A stretch of DNA of 64,000 bases from an uncultured virus (IMG/VR IMGVR_UViG_3300025061_000003) (IMGVR_UViG_3300025061_000003), one strand, 5' to 3'; counted from the first letter of the stretch, positions 9,634 through 20,338 are shown. The notes: generated by a model from the letters alone, not told the origin. Numbers and translations are program-made.

Positions 9634-11064
9634 ATGAATAAACAAGATTTATTAAAACAAGCCATTATCTCATATGACATTTCAGCAATTCGTGGATTTA
9701 AAAATGATGATGAAGTTGATTTTTCTATTGATTTAGAAGAAGCCATTTCTATTGGTTTATCAAAAAATGCTCACTTAAATTACTTTAAAATGTTTTTTAA
9801 TAAAGAAGAATGCCAATATTATTTTGCAAATAAAAACTTTCATAAAGAACTTATTATTAAAAATAGATTTGATATTTTAGATTTTTTGGCAAGTCGTGTT
9901 GATATTTCTGAGTGTTTGGAATTTTTGGTTGTTGATAATTTTTTAAAAAATTCTTCACATCACTCTTCTTTTAATAGAAAAGATAAAAAACTATTTCGCT
10001 CTGTTATTACTAATTGTCTTTACTATTCAGAAAATAAAAATAATATTGATTTTTATAATTTTATTACTAATTTATATGATAAATTATTGAATGATGTAAA
10101 CGATATTCAAAGATTTATTTTATTTTTTAATAATTATTGCTATTTTTATAAATTTAAAAAAAATTATATCAATCATAATATTGATAAAATATTGAGCATA
10201 ATAAATACACAAAAATATTCGAAAGAAACAATAAAAGATCTTATTAATATTTTAAAAAATAATTTAACTATTGAATACATTAATGAAGACTTAATCAATA
10301 AATATTCAAAAAATAAAATTATTTTTGATTTTTTTCATCATCATTATAATTTATTAATTAGAAGAAAAATTATTCAGATTGAAACCAAAGAATCTTTTGA
10401 AAAAGAAATTGAATTTATTGTTTCTAAAAGCGAACTTGGAGGAAAATTTTATACAGTAACTTTTTCTTACATTTTGGGTTTTATTTGTCAATATGAATCC
10501 AAATATGCCTTAGATTTTATTCTTAATTATTCAAAAGCTAAAATTTCAACAGAAAAATTTTCTAATATTATAAAATCAATTGAAGATAAAGATTTTTTAA
10601 ATTACATACTTAATAAAAATATTGTATGTAATCAATCACTAAAAGAGCATTTTATTGAAACATCTGAAGAAGGTTCTTGGAATCCGTTGATTTTTACAAA
10701 AGAAAGCATATTTATTTATTCTTTCTTAAATGATAAAAATGAATTCACATTTACAGAAAACTTTTCTATTTTGAGAGCGTTAACTCAAAAATCACAAGAA
10801 CACGAATTGTTTAATTTTATTTTCAATCGTATTGTTGAAGAATTAAATGAAAAACAAATTATTGAATTACTTAATCTGTCTTCTTCTTATTTTTATGATG
10901 AAAATTTTAATTTTACTTACCCTGCACTTTATTTTAAATTTATGTTATTTAATAATAAAGTTATTTATAAAATAAAAAATAAAAAATATTATTCATCTAT
11001 TAAATTTCCTAATGAAACTTTTAAAAGAGATTTTTTAAATACCATTAAAGTTTATTCTTTTTAA
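9634..11064 (+). CDS. hypothetical helical-repeat-like protein, C-terminal KVYSF
   Basis: 476 aa ORF. Confidence 0.7.
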   Translation: MNKQDLLKQAIISYDISAIRGFKNDDEVDFSIDLEEAISIGLSKNAHLNYFKMFFNKEECQYYFANKNFHKELIIKNRFDILDFLASRVDISECLEFLVVDNFLKNSSHHSSFNRKDKKLFRSVITNCLYYSENKNNIDFYNFITNLYDKLLNDVNDIQRFILFFNNYCYFYKFKKNYINHNIDKILSIINTQKYSKETIKDLINILKNNLTIEYINEDLINKYSKNKIIFDFFHHHYNLLIRRKIIQIETKESFEKEIEFIVSKSELGGKFYTVTFSYILGFICQYESKYALDFILNYSKAKISTEKFSNIIKSIEDKDFLNYILNKNIVCNQSLKEHFIETSEEGSWNPLIFTKESIFIYSFLNDKNEFTFTENFSILRALTQKSQEHELFNFIFNRIVEELNEKQIIELLNLSSSYFYDENFNFTYPALYFKFMLFNNKVIYKIKNKKYYSSIKFPNETFKRDFLNTIKVYSF

Positions 11065-11072
11065 GGAAAAAT

Positions 11073-11642
11073 ATGAATTACAAAATTGATTTTAATACTG
11101 GTTTTTATGATAACTTTTATGTTTTAAAAGAACATAAAATGTTTGAACAAAAATATCAGTATAGCACCTTCAAATTTGATTTAAGAAAAAATAAGGAACG
11201 ATTTAAAGATAAAAATATATCGACATTAATTTGTTTTGATAATAATAAACCTATTGCTTGGATTCGTTTTGATCATGAAGAAAAAAATAGTAATAGTTTT
11301 CAATTTAATTATATTAAAAGAAAATTTTCTACTCTTGGTATGTTTATGATATATGTTCTACCTGAATATAGGAATAAAGGTTTAGCTTCTAAAATGACGA
11401 AAATGTTTGAAGATGAATTACTGAATTACTATCAGAATGAAAATTTTGATATTTCTAAATATTATCTTATTAATGCTGTGGATTTAGCTTATGATTTATT
11501 AGATAAAAATTTAACTTATTTCATACCAAGTCATACATTTGGTAATTTTAATAAAAACAAACAAGATCTTAAAGGTCATATTAGATTTAGATCAGCAAAA
11601 ACTATTCAGGAACAAAATGAAATACTAGAACTGTATAAATAA
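11073..11642 (+). CDS. GNAT-family acetyltransferase
   Basis: YVLPEYRNKGLASKM acetyl-CoA binding motif A. Confidence 0.75.
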   Translation: MNYKIDFNTGFYDNFYVLKEHKMFEQKYQYSTFKFDLRKNKERFKDKNISTLICFDNNKPIAWIRFDHEEKNSNSFQFNYIKRKFSTLGMFMIYVLPEYRNKGLASKMTKMFEDELLNYYQNENFDISKYYLINAVDLAYDLLDKNLTYFIPSHTFGNFNKNKQDLKGHIRFRSAKTIQEQNEILELYK

Positions 11643-11709
11643 TTCTTTTATTTTATTTTCTTTAATGTTATAATAAGCAATTAAATTAGAACAAATTGGA
11701 AATTATATT

Positions 11710-12009
11710 ATGAAAGTATATCTTGACGATGAAAGAACAACACCAGAAGGCTATGTACGAGTTTATTGGCCAGAAGAAGCTATTGAACTATTAAAAACAG
11801 GTGAAGTTACTGAAATTAGTCTTGATCACGATTTGGGTGACGATGAACACGGTACAGGATATGATGTTGTTCTTTGGATTGAAGAACAAGTTTATGTTCA
11901 TGGCTTTAGACCACCTATTATTAAAGTTCATTCAGCTAATTCTTCTGCACGAGATAAAATGCTTAATGGTATTAATAATATTCAACGAAAAGTTTTATCT
12001 GAAGATTAA
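11710..12009 (+). CDS. cyclic-phosphate-processing receiver-like domain protein
   Basis: YLDDER, ISLDHDLG, TGYDV..W and VHSAN motifs. Confidence 0.8.
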   Translation: MKVYLDDERTTPEGYVRVYWPEEAIELLKTGEVTEISLDHDLGDDEHGTGYDVVLWIEEQVYVHGFRPPIIKVHSANSSARDKMLNGINNIQRKVLSED

Positions 12010-12093
12010 AATCTTTATATGTTATATTGTATTTTTATTATTTTTTGATATATTGTATTATAGTATATTATAATATTATAAAAGGCTATTTCA

Positions 12094-12366
12094 ATGAATA
12101 AAAATAAAATATTAATCTCTATTATTTCCTTCATAGCTATTATCAGTCTGTTTAATTTTAGCATATTAGATATTTCTGCTGGAGGTATTATTATTGATTT
12201 AAATCAATTTTCACCTCTTTTCGATAGTATGATTTCTCTTCCAAAAAATATTGCTATGGAAATATGGAGTCTGCTAAAAGGTATTTTTGATAATATTTTT
12301 TCACCTCAAGTAATCGGAACATTACTCTTTATGATAGTTATTTTTGCTTTGGCAAGTGGGGGTTAA
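12094..12366 (+). CDS. small membrane protein
   Basis: two hydrophobic segments. Confidence 0.65.
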   Translation: MNKNKILISIISFIAIISLFNFSILDISAGGIIIDLNQFSPLFDSMISLPKNIAMEIWSLLKGIFDNIFSPQVIGTLLFMIVIFALASGG

Positions 12367-12368
12367 TT

Positions 12369-13325
12369 ATGAATAAAAAATTATTAACAAGCCTTGGAAT
12401 TAGTAGCTCTCTTTTATTTAGTGCGTTTTACTTTGATTTAGTTGAATTCAAAGATAATGTACTTAAAGTTAAATTTTATAAAGGGGCTGAATTAAACCAT
12501 ACCACCCCTAAAAAAGAAAATAAAGTTGAAAAAAAATCAAATGAAAATATTGAACAAAATAAAATCATTGATAATTCAGAACAAGATATTGAAGTTAATA
12601 CTCAAAATAATGAAAAATATGTAACTGTTAATTTTGAACACTATGAATTAGAATTTAATTGTGAAAGAGGTGGATATAACCATTTTGCCTATACAACTGT
12701 TCCTGATAGTGGGGAATTGGAACGTTATCATACCTTTAAAGGTTATAAAGAAATTATTGATAGTTGTGGATATTCTGGTGATGTTGCAAAAGCTTCTCAA
12801 AACACTAATACCTATAAATCACCAAAAGGTAAAGACACTTATGATCGTGGACATGGTGTTCACCAAAATATTTGGGATCATAATAAAGAATATATGATGC
12901 AAACTAATTATATGATTAATATTGTACCTCATGAATCAAAACAAAACAGACAGGGTTTATGGCGATATACTGAAAAATTAACTGAGTGTTTGCGTGGTGA
13001 TAAAAATAACAAAGGTAAAACCCTGTATGTTATTGGTGGTAATATTTGGGGCAATGACACCTCTAATGACCACTTTGTTAAAACTCATAATGTTCAAACT
13101 CCAGATGAATTATTTAAAATAATTATCAATGAAGAAGATAATCAAGCTTACTCTTGGATTATTCCTAATAATAGAAGAGCAGATGCAAGAAGTGCTAATG
13201 ATTATATTGTTAGTATTTCTGATATTGAAAAAAGAATAGGTTATCAATTTTCTGATATTCCAGAAAATTTAAGACATGTTAAATTGTCAACACCTGCTTT
13301 ACCAAAAGGCTGTTCTTTGAAATGA
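12369..13325 (+). CDS. secreted or membrane-anchored DNA/RNA non-specific endonuclease
   Basis: DRGH active-site motif, NIVP..NR..W..E; N-terminal hydrophobic signal. Confidence 0.85.
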   Translation: MNKKLLTSLGISSSLLFSAFYFDLVEFKDNVLKVKFYKGAELNHTTPKKENKVEKKSNENIEQNKIIDNSEQDIEVNTQNNEKYVTVNFEHYELEFNCERGGYNHFAYTTVPDSGELERYHTFKGYKEIIDSCGYSGDVAKASQNTNTYKSPKGKDTYDRGHGVHQNIWDHNKEYMMQTNYMINIVPHESKQNRQGLWRYTEKLTECLRGDKNNKGKTLYVIGGNIWGNDTSNDHFVKTHNVQTPDELFKIIINEEDNQAYSWIIPNNRRADARSANDYIVSISDIEKRIGYQFSDIPENLRHVKLSTPALPKGCSLK

Positions 13326-13531
13326 TAATGTATTATTCAAAAAGATATGATTTAAAAATTAATTATGCTGAATTAGAAAAATATTTTCTTGATTATAGTG
13401 AATATTGTGAAAAACATAATATCACTCCTTTATTAACTTTAAAAGAGTTTTATTTAACAGATCCAGAAGATAAAAACGTTTTTAATGAAGACAACATTAA
13501 TAATTTTATTTATTTTTCTAATTTAAAATAA
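13322..13531 (+). CDS. hypothetical protein
   Basis: ATGA-coupled ORF. Confidence 0.55.
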   Translation: MIMYYSKRYDLKINYAELEKYFLDYSEYCEKHNITPLLTLKEFYLTDPEDKNVFNEDNINNFIYFSNLK

Positions 13532-13586
13532 TTTTTTTATTTTTATTTTCAATGTTATAATATATTTATAAACAAAGAGCAAATTT

Positions 13587-14864
13587 ATGAAATTAAAACA
13601 AGGAATTGATATTGATATAACAACACAAGGAAATAATTGTATTATAGAAATGGCTTCTTTTCCTTTTTTTGCTCACAATAAAAAACCTAATAGAAGACAA
13701 ATTTCAAGTAAACATACTGAAACCTTTGATTTTAATGATCCTGAATTAAGTAACAAATTACTTGATTTCATTATTCAAAATTCAAATGATAATTTTGAAA
13801 CAACTTACTTCACAACTAAAAATTCAGAAGCTCATTATTTATTAAAAAATTCAATATTAAAAGACAAAACAGAACTTTCTGGACTTTTAGAAAAGAAAAA
13901 AACAATACCAGAAAAAAAGAAAAGTTATTCTTTTGTTGAAAATAAAAATTTTTATAGTGGAAGTAATAACAATGTATTTTTAGATGTTGATTTATATTCT
14001 CACTCTTATTATAAGTCAACTGAACTTTCTATTTCTGCATATGATTCTTTTCAGGATTTATCAAATCAAGAAAATCCTATATTTTCTTCTAAAGAAATTA
14101 AAAATAAAAATACAAACACACAGCATGATTACTTAATTAACTCTATTATTCCACATATAAAGCATTTTCAAGATGAAGGTAAAAATATCCAATTGCATAC
14201 TACTTCAAAAAACAATCCACTTGTATCCAGCTTAAATATGTACTTGAAAGAAAATGGCTTCAAACCTATAAATTTTAAAGTTAAAAAAGATGATGAAAAA
14301 AGAAGAATTGAAGCTCAAAATAATATTGCTACTGAAGCTAGAAGAGAATATGACGATTTATTAAGATTAAATGATAAGTATGTTCTTTACACTGATGGGG
14401 GTATTCTTAATGAAGGTAATCAAAATGAATGTATATCAAGTGGATTTATATTAACAGAAAAATCTGGTGAAAAAGAAGGACATAGTTCTTTTCATAATAA
14501 AACCAAAAGAAGTTCTAATTATTCTGAATTATATGCTGTTAAAATAGCTCTTCAATACATGATTGACAATAACAAAGTTGATAAACCAATTCATATGGTA
14601 TTTGATTCAGATTATGCCTCTCAACAAGTTCAAGCTATTTTACAGAAAGATGATACATTACTTACTCAATATCATAAAGAGGGTGATATTATTGAAGATA
14701 TTAGAAAAATAATTGATTTTAATGATATTGATATAGCGAATACTATTGTTTTAAAAAGTCATCAAATTGGAGCAAAAAAACATCCTGTAGTTTGGTATAA
14801 TGAAAGAGTTGATAAAATGATTAAAAAAGAAGGATACAAAGAATCCAAAAAATTTCAAATATAA
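13587..14864 (+). CDS. second protein with C-terminal RNase HI domain
   Basis: YTDGG, SSNYSELYAV, FDSDY, LKSH, NERVD. Confidence 0.8.
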   Translation: MKLKQGIDIDITTQGNNCIIEMASFPFFAHNKKPNRRQISSKHTETFDFNDPELSNKLLDFIIQNSNDNFETTYFTTKNSEAHYLLKNSILKDKTELSGLLEKKKTIPEKKKSYSFVENKNFYSGSNNNVFLDVDLYSHSYYKSTELSISAYDSFQDLSNQENPIFSSKEIKNKNTNTQHDYLINSIIPHIKHFQDEGKNIQLHTTSKNNPLVSSLNMYLKENGFKPINFKVKKDDEKRRIEAQNNIATEARREYDDLLRLNDKYVLYTDGGILNEGNQNECISSGFILTEKSGEKEGHSSFHNKTKRSSNYSELYAVKIALQYMIDNNKVDKPIHMVFDSDYASQQVQAILQKDDTLLTQYHKEGDIIEDIRKIIDFNDIDIANTIVLKSHQIGAKKHPVVWYNERVDKMIKKEGYKESKKFQI

Positions 14865-14926
14865 TTCTTTATTTTTCTTTATTTTTTTGATATAATATCT
14901 CTTTATTTTAAATCGGGAGATTTGCA

Positions 14927-15457
14927 TTGGCTACTTTAAATATTCAAAACTTAACTAACTTCTTTGTTTTTAAAAATAACAAATATGAACTAAATAGTAA
15001 TGTGAGTTATATTAATTTACCTAGTTTAATTATGGCTAAGTTTAATATTTCATTTGAAGATGTTATTAATTTTTGCTTTAAAGATTATTGCAAATATGAT
15101 GATGATAGAATCATTACTCTACTCTATTCTTGTATGCAAAATAATACCTTTCCATCTCTTGATATAACCAATATACTTTGGTCTAATAAATTTAGCTATA
15201 CTCTATTAGAAAATGTATTTTCTAAATTTCAAGATTCTTATATGTATTTTCCGTTAGGAAGTATTGATAAAAAAGGAACAAAAAATATAGAAGTCTTTTT
15301 AAGGGTGGCTTCTTTAATGTTATATATTGATAGTAATTCAGCAATACGCATTGTAAATTCTGGATTAAATAAAATCTTATTATTTAAAAATAATTATGAT
15401 ACAAATTTTCAAAATGCAATTTTAGATTTAAAATTAACTTGCAATTTATATTTATAG
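14927..15457 (+). CDS. hypothetical protein
   Basis: GGGAG SD with TTG start. Confidence 0.65.
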   Translation: MATLNIQNLTNFFVFKNNKYELNSNVSYINLPSLIMAKFNISFEDVINFCFKDYCKYDDDRIITLLYSCMQNNTFPSLDITNILWSNKFSYTLLENVFSKFQDSYMYFPLGSIDKKGTKNIEVFLRVASLMLYIDSNSAIRIVNSGLNKILLFKNNYDTNFQNAILDLKLTCNLYL

Positions 15458-15466
15458 GAAATTATT

Positions 15467-15778
15467 ATGGATACTTCTTTTAGTGCAACAAGTTTGGTAG
15501 GGTTTTCAAGTGAAAATTTTTCTAACTATGTTAAAAATTTAAACCAAGCCACTAATGGTCAAAAATCTATTCCAGAAGGATATCAACCTGATACTGTTAA
15601 AGATATCTATGAAATAAAAAGTAATCAAAAAATGTATGATGATACTTTTTCTCGCAATAAAGAAGTTACTGATAATATGTCTAAAATGAATAGAACAGAA
15701 GATATTGATATCTATAATGAAACAGGTATTCAAACCATTAACAAAGGAAAAGGAAGAAGTATAGACATTAGTGCTTAA
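15467..15778 (+). CDS. YjfB-like protein (GxxIDIxA C-terminus), paralog 1
   Basis: ends KGRSIDISA; similar to the next ORF. Confidence 0.55.
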   Translation: MDTSFSATSLVGFSSENFSNYVKNLNQATNGQKSIPEGYQPDTVKDIYEIKSNQKMYDDTFSRNKEVTDNMSKMNRTEDIDIYNETGIQTINKGKGRSIDISA

Positions 15779-15817
15779 TTTTGTTACAATTAACTTAATT
15801 ATTAAAAAGAGAATTTT

Positions 15818-16144
15818 ATGGATAACGAATTAAGCTTAGTTGGTGCTGGCTCTCAATTTCTTGTTGATTATATGCGACAGGTTAATATGGCTACTCAAGG
15901 TCAACAAAAGCTTCCAAATGATTATGAACAACCATTAGTTAATGATATTCTTGCTAATCAAGAACGTCAAGAAATGCATGATGCAACTTATCATAGAAAT
16001 CAAAGAAATCAGGAACAAAATGATAAAATACAAAAGTTTGACAAAATTGATTTATTTAAAGAAGAAGGTATTCATTCAATTAATAAATATGGAAAACCAG
16101 AAGGAATTGAAAAACTTGGTAAAAATATTGACATTATAGTATGA
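15818..16144 (+). CDS. YjfB-like protein, paralog 2
   Basis: ends LGKNIDIIV; shares SLVG..Y....N.AT.GQ...P..Y with paralog 1. Confidence 0.55.
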   Translation: MDNELSLVGAGSQFLVDYMRQVNMATQGQQKLPNDYEQPLVNDILANQERQEMHDATYHRNQRNQEQNDKIQKFDKIDLFKEEGIHSINKYGKPEGIEKLGKNIDIIV

Positions 16145-17418
16145 TTATATTTTCTTATTTTTTTCTATTATTTTTAACAATTATACTTGTTTCTAAAACA
16201 ATTATTGTTTTACATACAGATTATTCTTATAAAAGAAACCATATTGTTCCTCACAAAGATAGGTTTTCTCTTATTACTTTATTAGGGATATTCTTTTATT
16301 CTATATTTTTATTCTCTAATGCTTCTATTTTCAATCCTGAAGAAGATCCAGATTATATTATTCTTAATTTTTTATATAAAAATGAAAAGGTTTTACAAGA
16401 TTATTTAGAAGAAGAATATGATTATGAATTAACTTATAATTTTAAAAGTTTCTATTTTGATAATTTTGATTTTTATTTTATTAATAACTTCATAGAAGAT
16501 AATGATTTACTTACAAAATACAAAGAATATTATAAAGTTGAAAATAAAGAAGACTTTTTATCTAAAATTAAAGTTATTACTGATAATGATTATAGCTCTG
16601 ATATTCAAATGTTTATAGATAGACCTGAGTTAAAAGACGAATTTTATTCTTATTTAAATAATGATGGATTTATTTCTGAATTTGAATTTGGAATCTTAAA
16701 TGAAAAATTACTTAAATTAAAATCAAATGATGAAGAAGTTTATAATTTTTGTATTTACAGTCAAGTTTTACTTGATTTGAAAAATCAATGTTATCAAGAA
16801 TATAAAGAGAATGGTTTTGTTACCGTTAAAACAGAAAACATTGTTAACTCCGCTCTACACGAAAATGACTTATATTTGGAGTTTATTAACCATAAAATTT
16901 ATTTAGATGATATTAGAGAAGAAATTAATGAATTAGATAGTATTGAATTAAATAAACTACTCGAAGAATATACAAAAGACGATTTCTTTTCTTATAGTGA
17001 TTATCAAAATATTCAAGAAGCAATTAAAAAAGAAGAAAGAGAAATGTTTTTAAATTCTGAAAGTTCTCAATATCAAAAAATGGCAGCAAATTTTGTTATT
17101 GAACATAATGGTAAAACAAAAAATGATATTTTAAAAATGAAAGAAGAATATGGTTATTTACCTTATCGTTCTAAAGATATTATTGTTGAAGGATTAAAAG
17201 AACTTATCGAAAATTTTGATGAAAATGAAACAATTTTTATTTTTGAATATCACTTTAAAGATAAATCTTATTCTTTATCAACAATAAATTATATTATTAC
17301 AGATGAAAATTGTGAAATGCTTATTCCTTTAAGAGATGAGGCTATGAAAGACAATATTTTCTCTGAATTTGAATTTGATAAAATTTTTGACGTTTACTAC
17401 CATAATTGTCGAAATTAA
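16141..17418 (+). CDS. membrane-anchored acidic protein
   Basis: two N-terminal TM segments and a long D/E-rich domain. Confidence 0.65.
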   Translation: MIIFSYFFLLFLTIILVSKTIIVLHTDYSYKRNHIVPHKDRFSLITLLGIFFYSIFLFSNASIFNPEEDPDYIILNFLYKNEKVLQDYLEEEYDYELTYNFKSFYFDNFDFYFINNFIEDNDLLTKYKEYYKVENKEDFLSKIKVITDNDYSSDIQMFIDRPELKDEFYSYLNNDGFISEFEFGILNEKLLKLKSNDEEVYNFCIYSQVLLDLKNQCYQEYKENGFVTVKTENIVNSALHENDLYLEFINHKIYLDDIREEINELDSIELNKLLEEYTKDDFFSYSDYQNIQEAIKKEEREMFLNSESSQYQKMAANFVIEHNGKTKNDILKMKEEYGYLPYRSKDIIVEGLKELIENFDENETIFIFEYHFKDKSYSLSTINYIITDENCEMLIPLRDEAMKDNIFSEFEFDKIFDVYYHNCRN

Positions 17419-17484
17419 TAAAAAACTTTTATTTTCGTTTTTAATTTGCTATAATCTTCTATATTATTTATTGGGGATTTTTAA

Positions 17485-17715
17485 ATGCAAAGCGAAGTAG
17501 AATGGTCTTTTGATAAACCAGAAAAAGAAGGATTCTATATGATGAATTCAGGGGATGTTGTTACTGAAAACAACATGGAACCTGTACAAGTTTTTAAAAG
17601 GGATGATACACTTTTCATTAAAGATTTTTCAGGAGAAATTTATAAACTTAGCGAAGTTCGTAATTCTTTTAAATATCTTAATATTTCTCAACTAAGTAAA
17701 GACTTAGATCCATAG
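17485..17715 (+). CDS. hypothetical phage-type protein
   Basis: WSFDKPEKEGFY N-terminus; own promoter and SD. Confidence 0.65.
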   Translation: MQSEVEWSFDKPEKEGFYMMNSGDVVTENNMEPVQVFKRDDTLFIKDFSGEIYKLSEVRNSFKYLNISQLSKDLDP

Positions 17716-17725
17716 GAGAATTAAA

Positions 17726-18253
17726 TTGAAATACGATAAAATTGCTTTTTTTGATTTAGAAATGTGTTGTTGGGAAAACAGTAAAAAAATCGGGGAAATT
17801 ATTGAAATTGGTTTAACACTTGTCGATGTTAATAAAAAAGAAATTGTTAAAACTGCTCAATATTACGTAAAACCAGAAAAGGATGAAATTGTTCCTTACT
17901 GTACTAATATTACTGGTATTACGCCACAAGTTATTAAAAAACAAGGTAGACCACTACAAGAAGTGTTAAAGACTATGGTAAAAAACTTTGGTGGTCAGCA
18001 AAGAGTTTATTGTGCTTGGGGTAGAGATGATACAGTCTTGTTTAATGAATGTATTCAAAAAAATATTGATATCCCTTTTTATGAATTTTTAAACTTAGGA
18101 ACTGTTTATCGCCTGAAATATAACACTTCTAATTCTGCTACTTCTCTTCAAGACACTTTAGAACTTCATAATATTGAATTTGAAGGAAAAGCACATTCTG
18201 GATTAGTTGATTCTTATAACTTAGCTAAACTTTATTTAGCTTTATTTTCGTGA
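17726..18253 (+). CDS. DEDDh 3'-5' exonuclease (ERI1/KapD-like)
   Basis: DLEMCC, EIIEIG, WGRDD, HSGLVDS. Confidence 0.9.
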   Translation: MKYDKIAFFDLEMCCWENSKKIGEIIEIGLTLVDVNKKEIVKTAQYYVKPEKDEIVPYCTNITGITPQVIKKQGRPLQEVLKTMVKNFGGQQRVYCAWGRDDTVLFNECIQKNIDIPFYEFLNLGTVYRLKYNTSNSATSLQDTLELHNIEFEGKAHSGLVDSYNLAKLYLALFS

Positions 18254-18261
18254 GGTTTTTT

Positions 18262-18804
18262 ATGGAAATTCAAGAACTAAAATATGCAGCATTTCGTACA
18301 TTTAATTTAAGTGATAATAAAACTGAAATTCTCTTTTCTGAAAATCAGGAAGGGGTAAATTTTCCTATTAATTTAGATTATAAAAAAGAAGTTTTAATTT
18401 TTGAAGAAGAATCTATTCCTTTTGATACAATCAAAGAAATTAAAATTACTTTTTGTTATAATAAAGTTGGATTTAAAAATATTCCTTGTTATAAATTACA
18501 TGTTGTTTTAGATACTGAACATTGGAATTTTAGACGTTATCTTGGATTATTTGAATATAATGAAGATACTAATTTTATTAAAAAATTACCAAAAGTTACT
18601 GATTCTTTAATTAATGAATATAAATCTTTTCAAGACTATATTGAAAATAAAAATCGAGAAGATGAAAAAGAGAACAAAAAAGAAGAAATTAATATTCAAC
18701 ATGCAAAAATTCACTTTAAAGAGAACAAAAAAGAAGAAATTAATATTCAATATGCAAAAATTTACTTTATTGACATGATTATAAAAAAAATTATTAAAAA
18801 ATAA
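18262..18804 (+). CDS. hypothetical protein with internal 17-aa duplication
   Basis: GAGGT SD before ATG 18262. Confidence 0.65.
   Translation: MEIQELKYAAFRTFNLSDNKTEILFSENQEGVNFPINLDYKKEVLIFEEESIPFDTIKEIKITFCYNKVGFKNIPCYKLHVVLDTEHWNFRRYLGLFEYNEDTNFIKKLPKVTDSLINEYKSFQDYIENKNREDEKENKKEEINIQHAKIHFKENKKEEINIQYAKIYFIDMIIKKIIKK
18667..18768 (+). repeat. 51-bp tandem duplication (2 copies, 2 mismatches)
   Basis: AAAGAGAACAAAAAAGAAGAAATTAATATTCAAYATGCAAAAATTYACTTT twice. Confidence 0.9.
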
Positions 18805-18870
18805 ACTATTGATTTATTAAATATTAAATTATATAATATAGCTTCAATATAACAAGAGGAAATACTTAAT

Positions 18871-20256
18871 ATGCAAACAATCAAACACCTTTTACAACCT
18901 GAATTTGTCGGTAAAACTGTTACTGTTCAAGGTTGGGTTAAAACAAATCGTAAGCAACAAACAATGTGTTTTATTACTCTTTCCGATGGTTCTACTTTAT
19001 CAGGTGTACAAGTTGTTGTTAATAATACTATTTCTAATTTTGAAGAAGTTGAAAAATTAACGGCTGGTTGTTCTATTGCTGTTTCTGGAGAACTTATCGA
19101 ATCACCAGCAAAAGGTCAAGACTTTGAAATTGTTCCACATTCTCTTATTGTTTTAGGTTGGGTTCATAACCCTGAATCTTATCCTATGCCAATGAAACGT
19201 CATTCACAGGAACATTTACGTGATAATGCACATTTACGTGTCCGTAGTAACATCGGAGGAGCAGTAGCTCGTGTTCGCTCTGCTGTTTCTACATCTATTC
19301 GACAATTTTTTGAAAAAGAAGAATTTCATTGGGTGGCAACTCCACTTATTACCGCTTCTGATTGTGAGGGTGCAGGTGAAATGTTTAAAGTGACTACACT
19401 TGATCTTCAAAATGTTCCATTAACTGATAAAGGTGAAGTTGATTATTCACAAGACTTCTTTGGTAAACAAACTGGATTAACAGTTTCTGGTCAGTTAAAT
19501 GCTGAAACTTATGCTTGTGGTATGTCAAAAGTTTATACTTTCGGACCTACTTTTCGGGCGGAAAATTCAAACACAAGCCGACACCTTTCAGAATTTTGGA
19601 TGGTAGAACCAGAAGTTGCTTTTTATGATATGAAAGATGCGATTTCTCTTTCTGAAAGAATGCTTAAATATGTTATTTCTGACGTACTTGTTAAGTGTCA
19701 GGAAGATATGGCTTTCTTTAACAGTTTTGTTGAAAAAGGTACAATTGATAAATTAACTAAATTTATTGAAAGTGACTTTATTACTGTTGATTATACTGAT
19801 GCTATTGATATTCTACTTCAATCAGGAGTAACTTTTGAAGAAACACCTTATTGGGGCATTGATCTTGGCTCAGAACATGAACGCTATTTGGCTGAAAAAC
19901 ACTTTAATTCACCTATTGCATTAGTTAACTATCCGAAAGAAATTAAATCTTTCTATATGCGTGATAATGACGATGGTAAAACTGTGGCGGCTTTTGATAT
20001 TCTTGCTCCACAAATTGGTGAAATTATTGGGGGTTCTCAACGTGAAGAACGCTATGAAACTCTTGTTCAAAAAATGGAAGAGAAAGGATTAGACCTTAAA
20101 GATTATGAATGGTATTTAGATCTTCGCAAATACGGAACAGTAGTACATTCAGGTTATGGACTTGGTTTAGAACGTCTTATTTCTTATATTACTGGTGTTT
20201 CTAATGTAAGAGATGTTATTCCTTTTCCAAGAACACCTAAAAATGTGAAATTCTAA
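18871..20256 (+). CDS. asnS: asparagine--tRNA ligase
   Basis: OB-fold N-terminus, [51 protein letters not shown]. Confidence 0.97.
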   Translation: MQTIKHLLQPEFVGKTVTVQGWVKTNRKQQTMCFITLSDGSTLSGVQVVVNNTISNFEEVEKLTAGCSIAVSGELIESPAKGQDFEIVPHSLIVLGWVHNPESYPMPMKRHSQEHLRDNAHLRVRSNIGGAVARVRSAVSTSIRQFFEKEEFHWVATPLITASDCEGAGEMFKVTTLDLQNVPLTDKGEVDYSQDFFGKQTGLTVSGQLNAETYACGMSKVYTFGPTFRAENSNTSRHLSEFWMVEPEVAFYDMKDAISLSERMLKYVISDVLVKCQEDMAFFNSFVEKGTIDKLTKFIESDFITVDYTDAIDILLQSGVTFEETPYWGIDLGSEHERYLAEKHFNSPIALVNYPKEIKSFYMRDNDDGKTVAAFDILAPQIGEIIGGSQREERYETLVQKMEEKGLDLKDYEWYLDLRKYGTVVHSGYGLGLERLISYITGVSNVRDVIPFPRTPKNVKF

Positions 20257-20308
20257 GGAGGAAAATATGCAAGACAATGAAGAATGTTGGGATTAATTTA
20301 AAATCCAA

Positions 20309-20338
20309 TAAAAAAGCTATCTTAGGATAGCTTTTTTT
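20309..20338 (+). terminator. intrinsic terminator after asnS
   Basis: AAAAAGCTATC-TTAG-GATAGCTTTTTTT. Confidence 0.85.

Noticed and set aside
20240..20256. AsnRS ending KNVKF as a member of the F-motif set
   Set aside because: A terminal aromatic is normal for AsnRS and position -4 is not hydrophobic; 50831 (FSGF) and 56477 (SSHF) were also left out as poor matches
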